NCBI GenBank assembly: GCA_000165425.1
Contig: CT868057.1
Coordinates: 62,001-126,000 of the forward strand
DNA from: Paramecium tetraurelia
Taxonomy: Eukaryota
Direction of reading: 5' to 3'
Length of the DNA: 64,000 nt
Part shown: positions 14,486-29,308 of the stretch, one piece after another
Layout: each line of letters opens with the position of its first letter
Numbering within the stretch: the stretch's first letter is position 1
The notes under the pieces: generated by a model
The model's input: the letters and a program-made list of their open reading frames with translations, nothing else
What the model was told of the DNA's origin: nothing
Database searches by the model: none
Made by a program: the position numbers and the translations under genes

Positions 14486-14911
14486 TAACGATTATATTTT
14501 ATATAATATTTTGAAGCTGGAAACTATTCTTATTAATTAAAATTTATGATCGAAATTAGTATAGGGAAAAACTATGAAAAATAACAATAGACATTGATCA
14601 TAAATATGTTGAAGTATCAAAGTAGAATAATACATAAAGAGAATATCTTAAATTATTTAATGATATAGTAATGATATGATGAATTTGTATTAATGGTTCT
14701 TCCCCTTGTTTCGTAATATTAACAAATAAGCAAACCAATTTTGTATTGTATTATTTATGTTCATTATAATAAAATATGCAATACCAAAAAAAATGAACTA
14801 AAATATTATAATCAAGGAAATTATTTAAATCATCAGAGCTCTGTATATAACATCTAAATTAGTTATCCTTTATATAATTTAATATTTAATCTAGAAATTA
14901 CAAAATTTGGA

Positions 14912-16453
14912 ATGAATAAAATTTATAGTAAATTCAATCTAGAGCGTTTGCGTCTATAGCACTCTTAATTGGATACCATCAAATTAGACAGTAAGTTATC
15001 TTAATATGTCCAAGGATCTGAAATGAAAAGAGGAACTGGTAAGAATACGATTAGAAAGGTTTTTGGAATTGATGAATAAAGCAAACATGAGTATGACATT
15101 TACGAGAAACAACAGCTAGAGGCATTTAAAAAATTGTTAGATTACGAGAATCAGTTCTTATAAGATGAACTTATTCTAAGATTCTTGTATGCAAATTAAT
15201 TTGATTTTGATACGACAATTTAAGTAAAAATAACCTTGTAAAAAAATAAGCATATGCGTCTTCATCATTAATGGATTACAAATCCTAGTAATTTTAGGTG
15301 GACATTAAATGCAGAAGAGATAATAGTAAGGAATAGATCAATATATTAAGAAATAAGGTGCAATATATATAAGTGGGAGAGGTTTGGGTTTTAAGCCAAT
15401 CGTTGTGATAAATGCGGATAAACTGGATATGTCTACTTACCCGATTGAAGAGATTATAAGGCCATTTCAATTGTGTTTATGGTTGTGAAGGATTACATGT
15501 TAGCATCTGGGAAGGTAGAAAGTTGGTTTGTAATAGTTGAAGCGAAAAACACAACAGCATATAAGATTCCATTTAATGTAATAGTGTTAAATTTAATTTG
15601 GTAGCATTTGAATTAGATTTTTGATATTTTGAGACTGAACTTTCCTTGTTATTTAGAAAGAGTGTTTATCTTGCAACCTTAGACATCTATTTAAATTGCA
15701 TGGCAAATAGTAGAGTAGTTTATTCCTTACAATTCTCGTCACAAAATAGAGTTTATTGAAAACGACTATTCACTCTTATTCAACTACATTAAACCAAAAT
15801 AATTGGAATAACGACATGGCGGTAGGGCTCCGAATGTATATGATTATTGGCCACCTCATATTGAGGATTTTAATGAGGTGGAATTCTAATAGAAGTAGAA
15901 AATGGAAACACAAAAGATTAAAGAATAAATAAACGTACTTTAGAAAGTGATGCCTTTTTCTTCAAATATTGATACTACAGTTTCAGATTTATTAAGAAAG
16001 TAGTATAAACCTAAAACCAAGATTTATCAATTGGAAACCTATTTGGATACAACAAACTATTTTGTAAATAAATCAATGTCTAACACTCGATTATTGAATG
16101 GACCAAAGAAGGAACATGTACTCTCAAATCAAAGTGACCAATAGTTATTATAGCAATTGAAAATGCAAGAGGTGAATATGTCTCTGGAATAGAGGAGTGC
16201 AAATTATAATTATTAATAAGGGGCTTATTTTTCTTAGCAACCTTAATAATAGGCGACAGTACCTCTCTAGAGTAGATTTGTGGGTTCGAAAACAAAGTCA
16301 AATGAGTCATAGGGTTCAATTTTGAATGCAGCGAATCAGAATGGATTATTACAATCAAGATTTGTTGGTTTAAGAACCTAGCATTTGGTGGCGAATAAGG
16401 ACATTAGCATAATAGTGAACAGAGAAGATAGAATATTGAACCAATTAATGTGA
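14912..16453 (+). CDS. CRAL-TRIO (Sec14-like) lipid-binding protein
   Basis: DELILRFLYANQFD, GKVESWFVIVE, NFPCYLERVFIL, QLEQRHGG.APNVYDYWPP; several tiny introns. Confidence 0.85.
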
Positions 16454-16645
16454 GGGTTTGGAATATCTTAGAGATTTATAATATTATTCTTATTGATTAT
16501 GATGATACTTTAATTAATATTGGAGTTGCATTTATTTCGATTAATGTTTTTTAGATTGATCTCATCCCTTGAGGATTAGAAATGTAGTTAATTGTAATAT
16601 GAATTCTGTTTTCAAATCCGTTTTTATGTATATATTAATATAAAA

Positions 16646-18311
16646 ATGAAGTGGACCTTGATTATTGTGGCTATTTCTATGTATTCTTTACATGCAAATT
16701 CAGATCTTGATACTGTTAAGCAATTACTTACAGATTTGAAAACAAATGTGTAATTGGACATTGAAGCATTAGATGCAGCTTGGGAATTACACAAGAAAAA
16801 CAAACAGTCAGTAATAGATGGTTTGGGTTTTTCGACTCAAGAATAGAGATCAGAGTGTTAAAAGAAGGATGAGGATGTGGAGAGCAAAAAGAGAGATATA
16901 AAAATAACTAATGATTTTGTGGCATGGATGGAGAAAAGATAGAGATTGAATTCCAATCGTTTGGGAGTATTAGAATAAAATAGGTACTTTTATAAACTCA
17001 TGCAAATAGATGTCAATCAAGCAATAATTATGTTCATGATATTAAGAATTATAAAATTGCATTAGCATTAGTGAAGTTTTTGAGAGAACAACTAGATAAG
17101 TTAGATTAGAATGCATCCCCTGCCTAGAAGCAAGAGTTTTTGTAAAAAGTGACCAAGTTTGTTTAGATCTATTAAACAGGTAAACTTTTAACAATGGTTG
17201 AAAATTTACAAATCAACAATGATGGTTCATATGTGTTACCAACTGTTGAAGGGGATGAATATGATCTCAACGAAGCAATTCTATCTTCAACAAGAGGAAA
17301 AAGAAATGCAAATAAAGTTCTTCTATAACAACAACAAACAACCGTTATAGCATCAGGTGATGGCGACGATAAAGCAGATAGCGCAGTTGTTTTGATACCT
17401 AGTTAATGTGATGATTCTATCAACACAGTTATTGTTGTATAAAATGATGATGGAACAAATAGTGATGATGATTTACATATCAAATTTACCAATGGAGGAT
17501 CTAGCACTGGTGGTCATACTAAACCTAAACCTGCTCCGAAACCACATGTAGACCCTGTTCATTAAGAAGATACAACAGGAGAAGAGAGTGGCAGTCATTC
17601 AACTGATAATGAAGGTGAGGATGATGAGGAAACTGAAGAATAAGGTACTAACACAGAAGAGTAAGACGATAATAATGCAGAAGAATAGAAATAATAAGAT
17701 GATAATACAGAAGAACAAGGAGAAACAACTGGTGATGATGATGGCAATGAGGAAGGTGATCATTCAGATGCTGCTGCTGATGATGGTTCCTAAAAGGGTG
17801 GTGATAACGGGTCAGGTAGTAATAATGCTGCAGTTCCTGAAGAAGCGGAAGATTTAAGTGTATGATAATAGAAATAATATTAAGGATATCAGAAAAGTGT
17901 TAGATGCTATTGAAAAGCATAGCAAGAAATCATTAGATTTAGAATAGGAGGATGAGGTCAGAAGCTCTATGATTTATATTGATTTTAAACTACATATTGA
18001 ATTAGAAAATCAATACTTTGATAAACAAATTGCTGGAGAAAAAGAAAACCTAGTATCATAACTATATTTAATATTAGATCAAATTAACTAATCAACTCAC
18101 CAATAGAGTCTCGGTTGCTAGACAATGTAATGCTAGACTCAAACAAATTTCTATTGCTTTTCAAGTCAGCCAAGATGTACTCTCTTTTATTTTATCATTA
18201 TAGGATTACAATGACTCATATCAACATTACTTGGAACTCAGAAAGTCAAAGGAAGATGAGTTGGCTACATTTGAAGACATTTACAGAATTTATACCAATT
18301 AGGTTGTCTGA
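16646..18311 (+). CDS. Secreted trichocyst-matrix/granule-lattice-like coiled-coil protein with long acidic spacer
   Basis: Signal peptide, heptad helices with EQNRC..N.YV, D/E/G-rich middle region and a second helical half ending LELRKSKEDELATFEDIYRIY. Confidence 0.65.
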
Positions 18312-18359
18312 ATTATATTAAATAAAACAAATTTATATTTATACAAATTAATTTATAAT

Positions 18360-19857
<1,498 letters not shown>

Positions 19858-19957
19858 TTTGTTAAATGTGATTAATTCTATAATTAAGATGTCATTATTA
19901 CATTAATTCAAAGAAATACTTCAATTATTTATATATTCTATTCATATTTATATCAAT

Positions 19958-21738
19958 TCAGCATGTTAACCATCTATCCTTAAATCTTAAAATAGTCTTT
20001 GTTTCAACGGTTTCTCCATCTTTATTTTCCTAATTCTATACGACAAATAATTCTTGTTTATAAATCATGCATTGTTAATGCCAAAAACCCCCTGGTATTT
20101 TTAAAGGTCTGCTGTTTACCATATGCAATATATGGTTTTCCCCTTTTATAGTAAAAAGAAACGATTGATCGGAACTAACAGAATTTTCATCGTAACCTCC
20201 AAAGATCATCAAAGAATTTGGGGAGATTTGCACTCCAGCTGCAAACTACTTTAATCCCTTGAATAAAGGTATACTATTTTATCTAGATTATAATTACTCT
20301 TTATTTGCTATCTGGGGATCAATAGCTTGCCAGATCATATCTTTTATATTGAATCTTTCAATAAAATTCATCTATTATTTTTCATACAATCCTCCAAATT
20401 TGTAGATGAATTGATTATTGTAATTTACACAGCAAGAAGCTATAGAAGGGTATAAACAATCCTAGAGATACTCACTTTTTCTTAGTATATAATTGTATCT
20501 CTCACAAGTCTTCTCAAGAACTTGATTTTGTCCAAACCCAGAGATTGAGTAAATGTAATCCCCTACAATACAACAACCATGAGATGATCGACTGGTCAAC
20601 AAATGACCAACATTAGCTAAGGAATATTTATCAAACAAGCATATTGCATTCGATTTGGTGTTAGGATAGTTATTGTCAATTGTGGTTCCTCCAATAAGGT
20701 ATAACTAGCCAGTTTTAGTAATTATTGATTAATGAAAGACTGGAATTTAAAAGGGTATTTATAACTTAATTTTCTTAATTTCTTTGGGATTATCAAGGTT
20801 GATTAAGTTTAATTCTTTACTATTATATTTAAAATAATGAAGCACTTTATTTTATACACTGGGTAATAGGTAATCTTCTACAGTGATGGCAAATTCTGAT
20901 TGTTTCTTACCCTATTGAATTTCACTGATTTAGGATAGCAATGGAGTCTGATTCAAAGAGGGAGCCTCCTAAATATTAATTGGTTGATTATTTAATTGTT
21001 ATTTCTCTTCGATTTTGAACATAGTGGTGTTTGTTTTTTTAAATTGAATCTGAATGGATTATCCAAACAATTCATCAAGTTTTTAGTTGAAATTTTGAGA
21101 GACAACAAGCAATGGAAATTCTAAAATATTTCAAATAATTACTCAATTTCAAAAGTTCTTTATAAGCCTCTTAATTAGAAGATTGAATCAGTTAAGTAGT
21201 ATTTAGTAAGTAAATGCTTCTTATCGTTTTAATTTAGCAATCGCTCTGGGTTTCTAACTTGGTTCCTAGTTCGTCTAATTATTAAATTAAATTTTTGATT
21301 CTGTTGTAAACTTCTTTAATCTATGATTCCTATACAAATTAAGGGTATTTTTACTTTGAATGCTTGTATCAGGTTATTACTAAAGTCTTGAAGCAATTTT
21401 TTGTTGTATGAATCAATTTTATCAATTATTTATTATTTCAATTGCTAGAGTGATTCTCTACAGAGTTCAATATACTATGAAGAATTTTCAATGGTTTTCA
21501 TTTCTTGCAAAGACAAGATCTAATTCATTTCTTGGATTGAGGAGCGTATTTTCTTGGAGCAATTTGTTCTACAGGATTTCAAACTTTCAATCTGACATTC
21601 TTTGTGTTCTCTAAAATGAATTTCAATACACTCGGGACATAAAGGTTAGAGACATTTAGTGTTGATGCACATGTTGGTGCATGGTTCTTGATGTATTTAG
21701 CAGAGTTCATTTGAATAATAAGTAAATTATTAACTCAT
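19958..21738 (-). CDS. B-box-like / coiled-coil / Kelch-repeat protein
   Basis: CQIHQEPCTNMC...LCPECIEIH N-terminus; Kelch repeats YLIGG, RSSHGCC.VGDYIYSISG, IYKFGG, MIFGG. Confidence 0.8.
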
Positions 21739-21882
21739 TTATTATTAATTTCAGAGTTTATAACTTTGGTATTCATTTCTAAAAAGATAGTTATTTTAGT
21801 TCAATTGAACACAAATTAGAATCTCTTTAGTTTTTTACTCATCGAAAATCAATAGAAAATTTAAGTTGTATAAAATTAAATA

Positions 21883-23553
21883 ATGAATTTCAGCTTACCT
21901 GATGCTCTTGCTTTAATAAAGGAAGGGAGGGCAAATGAGGCAGTTGATTAGTTGAATAAATTTATTGAATACTTGTAGCCTCTGAGTCCTTAGACATAAT
22001 TGTTGGGATAGCAACTTGGGATTGATTGTGAATTTTTCAGGATTGTTAATTTTCAGGACTTTTATGATCCTGATCCTTAGGTTTAGGCACTAAGATTTAA
22101 ATATTACGCATACAAAGTAGCAAGTAATTGATACGATTTGAAACTTTAGAGTGGGGTTATTAGATAATTTAATAAAAGAAAAAAGTGAAACGAAGACATG
22201 ATTTAATTGAGAAATCAGAGTAGTTAGGTATATAGAATGAAATAGGAAGAACCTTTGGAGTTGATATGGAATCTAAGTAGTTGGCTGAGTCTCGATTGTA
22301 ATCAATATCAGAGAAATTGTAGAAGAAGAAACAAATATTCTAAAAGTAATTACTCTGTTAATTGGACATTGAAAAGAGAAGGACTGACTACAAGGTTCAA
22401 TAGGAAGATAAGATAGAGAAAGTAAGAAAAGCTTTAAAATCAGATTATGATCACAAAATAGTGGCTGTAAAGGATCATTTAGAGAAAGTCAATGAGAAAT
22501 TAAAAAATAATCATAGAATGAAAAAGAAGACGGAGGATGAATTAATTAATAAACGAAATGAATTATTGAAAAATGCTTCATTGATGTAATATTTTTAATT
22601 CAATTCATTAGTGATGAAAAAATAAATAAATTGGAGGAAATGAGGAAGGAATAGATTGAACATATGAAATAGGCAAGATCATTAAAAAAATAAAGATAGC
22701 ATTCATTCTAAGAGAAGTAGAATTAATAATATGAGGAATATTTGGAGAAGATGAAATAGAAGCTAGATTAAAAAAGTAATTTATATTTTTATTTTTTAGG
22801 AGTTGTTGAATTCCATTCTGAAAGTCATAAAGATTTTGGTAAAAGATAAGTTTATGATAATTACGAAAAAAATCTTGAAAATATCATAATAAAGTATTAG
22901 AAATAATAACCAATAATAAATAATTTACTTGCCAAATCTATTGAGTAAGTTCAACAAAAGAAGTAAATTGAGATTGAGAAATTTCAGAAAGTAAAATCTA
23001 ATTAAAAATTACATTGGAGTACTCCAAGAATAGAACCTAGGAAAGTGGATGATGTCTTGGAAAGAAGGGATAAGAGACTGCAAGAGGAGACTATTTTGAG
23101 AAGAGAGATATACTAATAAAGAGTATTAAATTTTCTCCAAAATCGTTAATAATTGCAGAGATTATAATCTTAATAGGTTGAGAGATACAATGAATTTTAT
23201 ACCAGATAGAGTGCTAGATTGAAAAATATCAGGAGTTCTCATGAATAGATGAAATCCACTGTAAAGTAAGTATTTCGAGTATTTATTTAAGTTTTGCTTT
23301 AATGTAAGCTAATAGGATTGAAGAATAAACAGCTTTAAAGATATAGAGGGCAATTTAATTAATAAATGATCCTGATTTATAAATGTAATTTAAACCAAAT
23401 GAAAAATTGAATACTCAATAGAAGGTAGCAAAGAAAAAACAAGAAGAAATGTAGTAATTACTAAAATCATTTGTGACAAGTGAAGTTGACTTGTTGAGAT
23501 TTTCTAAGTCTGTAACTGAGGTTAAAAATGAAGAAAATTAATAATAAAAATGA
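21883..23553 (+). CDS. Coiled-coil hypothetical protein
   Basis: K/E/Q-rich code-6 frames joined by tiny introns; N-terminal DFYDPDPQVQALRFKYY. Confidence 0.6.
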
Positions 23554-23595
23554 TATCATATTTTATCATTATGACATATATTTATTTATTTTACA

Positions 23596-25727
23596 TCATT
23601 ATTGCTATTATTACTATTTCTATAATTTTTCTAAATATTGATTATGAATCTTGTTTTGTTTTTCCCATAAATCTTAAACAACTTTTTTCTATTTTTTGGA
23701 TAATTCATTTCCCTCTTTATCTTTGACTGGTATGCCTTTTTCATCAAATTCAGAGTATTTATCTACTTAAGATAGGAACATGTCTTTGGGATTAATCTTT
23801 GCCTTTTCTAATTTTTCTAATTCTTCTTATTTTTTTTTCTCTTCTTCCTTCTTCTTAATCAATTCTTTTTGTTAAATCAGTTTTTACTATTGTTCTTTCT
23901 CCAATTTCAATTCCTTTGGATCGTATTATTTCCAAATGGATGGCTAATTATTATGTAATCTTTTACTTGATCTTTATCTTTATCCTCTATCTAAATTCCT
24001 AACTCAAATAATTATTCGTCTCTCAATTTATCACATAGTTAAAACAATTGCTATTTATTCTTTTCTTAAGAAGCAGCCAAGACCTATTATTAAAATTGGT
24101 TGATGTTATCCACAATTAAATTTGACAAGTTCTTCTCATACTAGAAATGCTTCTAAGTGACAATATTTGAAATAGCTTCAAACTCCCCCTTTCTGGCAGC
24201 CAATTTCACTTGATCTCTAATGGAGCATACTTCAGCCATTATTGACTTGATGTCAATTGAATTATTATTTAAGGTTAAGTAATTGAGTCCTAGTAACTAA
24301 AATTATTAACAAATATATATATACTCCCAAAATAAAATGGACATATTGAACAACGCTTTGAACTAGTGGAGCTCTGACTGTTTTGCCTGCGATTTGTGCA
24401 TTAACTTAGTTAATTAGTTTGTCAATTGCTTCTATAACAGTTGGAAAATCGAAATTCTTAAGTAAAGCTGCATGAACAATTTATTTAGTATTTCTAAGTG
24501 AATTGCTGATTTAAAAGTCATTTTATGTCCACTTCTAAGGACCTGTGACTTATGATTCTCTCAAATAGATCTTGGTATTTTGGAAGAATTCTTGATAAGC
24601 CTTGTCTTTTGAAATAGCTTATTCAACTTGCTCTTCAGAATAGTTCATCACAGCATCGTATTAATGGATTGCAAAATTTAATCTGACCTATCGAGGAGTG
24701 TATCTCTTGAGGACTTCGTCAATGGTAAGGAAATTCTTAAGAGACTTGGACATCTTACGATCAGCTATATTAAGATGACCAAGATGAATAAAGTAATTGA
24801 TCCATTGATCGCAATTGAAACATGCTTCAGCTTGTGCAAGAGAGTTATCATGATGAGGGAATATCAGATCAATGCCACCTGCATGTAAATCAATAGGATT
24901 TCCCAAAATGGCACTAGCCATGACTGAGCATTCAATGTGCCATCCTGGTCTACCTTCTCCCCATGGACTAGGCCATTTGGGTTCCTCTGGTTTGCTGGCT
25001 TTCCATAAAGCAAAGTCATTGGGACTTCTTTTTTCTTATTATTTGTTAACCTATGATTCTCCTTCACCCTCTTATAATAAATCAACATTCATCTCTGGTC
25101 TCATTTTAGGATAAGTGTGCTACAATATAAAATGAAATGATATACTCCATCAGCCAAATATTTCTGAACATCGAAATACACACTTCCATTACTGTCATAA
25201 GCATACCCATTAGCAATAATCTTTTCAATGAATGTCACAATTTCTGGCACATAATCACTAACTCTAGTTATAACATCAGGCAATTCTATATTGAGTGCTT
25301 CCATGGCCGAAAAGAAGTCCTTCTCCCAAACCCTTGTGAATTCAAGAAAGTCTTATTTGGCTAATTTCGCTCCGTTAATAATCTTATCATCTATGTCTGT
25401 GATATTCATAACACTCAATAGATCATAATTAAAGTAATCTCTTAATGTTCTTCTTATTACATCGATTCCCAAATATGTTCTAAAAACTATCAATTATATG
25501 ATTACCTTGCATGACCCAAATGGGAGTTGCTATAGACTGTGGGACCACAATAATAAAAGCTTGCATTTAAAACCTATATCATACTTCACTTATCTGCCAT
25601 TTATTGGAATGAATGGGACCAATTCACTTCCCTTCAAAGAATTAGCTAATTTCAAGCCGGTTACGTAAGAGTCTTCTTTAATTGATGGCTGTTTATAGTG
25701 AGCAAATAAATCTTTTTATTGTTGCAT
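23596..25727 (-). CDS. CARS: Cysteinyl-tRNA synthetase
   Basis: [63 protein letters not shown]. Confidence 0.96.
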
Positions 25728-25977
25728 AAATTAATTAATGGTTCTTGTTGCTAATTTAATCATTTATGAAAGAATAAAATTCATTTAAACCACATTATAC
25801 TGATTTAATATAAAAATCAATATATTAAATTCCTAACTTCATAATTTTTTAATTTAATAAAGTTACACATTCCATTTCCAATTAATACGCTATAAAACTA
25901 ATAAATAATAAGTCATTCGATTTATGAATATTAATCCACCAAACGATAAGAAAAATAAATAATCATTATTAATTATA

Positions 25978-26947
25978 ATGGACATAGAATTACTCACCAT
26001 TTAACAAGATGGCTTCTCTACAGCTTTTTAATAAAGAAATCAAAAATCAAGCATGGAAATCCTAATAAAATAGAGCAATTACATATGCCATTCAATATGC
26101 ATCTATCAAATCATGAAGTTTGTTTTATTCTTAGCATGTTACCAACATACTCTAGCATCTCCTCTGCGCAATGCTATTTTTTTCACTTTCATGCATGATG
26201 TTATTACCTTCCTCTTCTACATGATTCTTGAGTAACAACTTTTGTACATTAAATTAGTGCATTGGCCAACAAATTTAGTTACTAAGAACTTTTTAAAGAA
26301 GAAGATTAAGTTTTAAACATTTTTGAATTGAATCACAGCTTAATTTTTTTGACTCTTTAGGAACTTCTTTCATTTTTTAGACCTATGAATGGAATAGTTC
26401 TTCTCTATAAGATCTAATAAAAGATGTTTAAGTATCCTCTAACCATAATCAGAATACTGTATTACTTCACTTCAGCTTATTACTTCATTTAATTGTCAAA
26501 TAGTCCTCAAGAATAGAGTTTCCTAATAATGGAACAAATCCTAGAATTGATTATATCCTGGGTTACAACATTAATTATAATGATTTCTATTGGAGTCATT
26601 TTAGTTATTAACATTACTTTAGGAAAGTAGATTGGATTTAGATTCTAAAATAGATTATAACAAAGTATATCAAATAAATTTACTGAAATAAAGTTTTAGG
26701 ATTTAAATTAATCTATCAAGGCTTGTAATTTAGATTGGTATTATTGCAACTCAATTTTAGCCCTATTTGTTATGAATAAATTAATGATGCTGATACAATT
26801 ATCCAATTACCTTGTCATTAAAAACATTTATTTCATTCATAATGTTGCAAACAATGGTTATTCCAAGATCTTCGATGTCCCCTCTGTAGAAATGAACTTG
26901 AATGTAATGCAAAAACTAATATTCAAACAGAGCTTGAAACTTCATGA
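25978..26947 (+). CDS. Transmembrane RING-H2 E3 ubiquitin ligase
   Basis: Hydrophobic segments followed by DCPIC...LPCHQKHLFHSQCCKQWL...CPLCR (intron within the first Cys codon). Confidence 0.8.
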
Positions 26948-27100
26948 TTAATATATTTTATAACTTAATATTGATGATAGAGATAAATCTGCAAAAAGGA
27001 ATCTATTGTGATTAAATTATTCTTTGTCTACATCACTAAGAAATTATATGTTGATCCATTTCATACTAAAAACTGTTTTGATAAATTAATTATAATTTAA

Positions 27101-29157
27101 TCATTTTTTTCTTTACGAGTCTATAAGAGTGATGGACTTTTTATATGGAATTGACAACTTTTCTTATGGTTTCTGAATTGTATTAGAACTTCTCTAAGTT
27201 TCAATAGGATCTGCTGTTGGCTTTATAAAGATTTTAGGTCTCAGTAACCAAATTTTGTAAACCCAATTGAAACACTAATCCAATGTGGGTTGATCTTAAG
27301 ATTTCTAATTCTTGTATTTTAGATTGACAAATTACCATACCTAATTATAAAATGAATTATTACAAGAAAACTGTCCATGTTTAAGAATTATTCTTATTAA
27401 TCCCAACGAGATTCAATTTTCATAGTTCCTTATTACCATAAATAGCAGCAACTCATCCATTTACTATACTCCTTTTCTGCGTAGAATTGAATAGCGATAT
27501 ACATTATCTTGCTAAGTTTTATGGTTGTTGTACTAACTTGGAGAATTTACTCGTACAATTGTTAACCCAATGTCACTTCAGATCTAAATAAAACATTATC
27601 ATTATACCCTGCAATTGGAATTTCTTAGGTCAAATCTATATTGTGACCAACACTTTTCTCCTAATTTAAAATAATACTTGTCCTTTTATTAACTGTTGCA
27701 TTTTGAGATTGATCGAAGTGTTTGTATTAATTTTCAATGGCTCTGCATAATTTAATGGCTTCCAGAATCACAACATGGCTAACTGGGTTTGATTTACCTA
27801 TTCCCAATATTAATTTTGTGATATTGATTATATCATCATCAGTAGTTTTGATTAGATCTTTAAGAAAGTGTGCTTTGTTGAAATCGATTTCTATGAATTG
27901 CATAAACAATTCTGGCCCTGACATGTTGGGATTTGAATGTATATATTACACTAAGAAGGATAAAAAATCACTAGGGGTTGTTTTCTAGTCTTTGGCTCTA
28001 ATTTATAAGAGGAATATAATAGGATTAACCAGCAAATAATCATCATTAAACCCTGGATAATCTAATAGATTTAATTCTTCATATGTGAATTCAGTGAAGG
28101 ATTTTTAATCTTTTCTCTTCAGAAGACTTGCCAGATTTTTAACAGAAGTGCTAACTTATTTTTGCTAATCATTCATATTTTTTTAAAAGACATTGAATTG
28201 AAAATCCATTTCTTTTAAATCCAAATTAATTTTTCTAATTTCTCCTTCTGCATTCTCTAAATTTTTTAACTCCTCTAGTTTTGTTTCCAATTCAGAATAC
28301 ATTTGAAGCCATTTCAGATTCTCTTCTTTTAGATGTAAGTTCTTTTTCTACTCTACTGCTACTCTTAATTGATGTCCTTTTACTTTTTGAATGTATTTCT
28401 CTCTTAACGCATCCAAACTGAACTAGCAATCCTTTAATTATGATTCTACTGCTCCTACTTGAATATCCAACAAGGCTTTGTACCTCGTTTAGGACCATTG
28501 AGTATTAAGATCAAGGAGTACTACCCAAAATTTCCATAACTATTCAATGAATACTGCTAGAGTTTTATCATCGATAATTTTGATCAATGTAGTTATAAAG
28601 TCATCCATAATATTTATTGCCTTGATGAAAAAATCAAATCTAAAATTGTCTGTAATGTTCCTTTCCTTCTTCTCCTTAATGCCAATTTAATCTTTATCAG
28701 TCAAGGCTTCATATAAAAACAATTCCTAAATTACATTTTTATCGAGATTTATCAGTGTTTCATACATTTTAAAGAGCAAATTAGGATGCTTGTCATAAAG
28801 ACTCATTCCGTGACTCAATTGTTATGTTTCATAAAAGTTGATATTGAGATGATTGATTACAGTAGGAGCCACTAATTTGGCCTCCTTCACAATTTTGTCA
28901 TGATTGTTGGACATAAAGGACTCCTCTATGTACCTCTAATAGATTTGCAAGGGTATTTTGGATTGTGTTTGATTTTCAATGGTTCTACTAGTATTAGTAT
29001 AGCATTTTCTAGATGAGGATCCAATTTAAGCACTTTTAATCCTTTGACTGGTTTCTGTGTTTATACGAAGGGCAGGCTTTTTGTTTTTGTAAACTCTCTC
29101 TGTGTACTAACTTGCTAAATTGGTGCTCAATGAATAAGCTGATTTTGCAGATTTCAT
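27101..29157 (-). CDS. Hypothetical coiled-coil protein
   Basis: Long code-6 frame from MKSAKSAYSL with central heptad region and 3' tiny introns. Confidence 0.65.
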
Positions 29158-29308
29158 TATATTATTTTTAAAATAAATATTAAGTCACACCCAATAAGTG
29201 CATGCATTGTACTTTTGGACAGAAATAGAGACATCCACAAATAGTCTCAAAGCTAACTAGATACCATATAAATTATTTTATAATATTAATAAAGTATTTA
29301 TAATTAAA

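Noticed and set aside
17588..17857. Met/Lys-rich 89-aa ORF
   Set aside because: Alternative-frame artefact of the acidic spacer in the trichocyst-matrix-like gene
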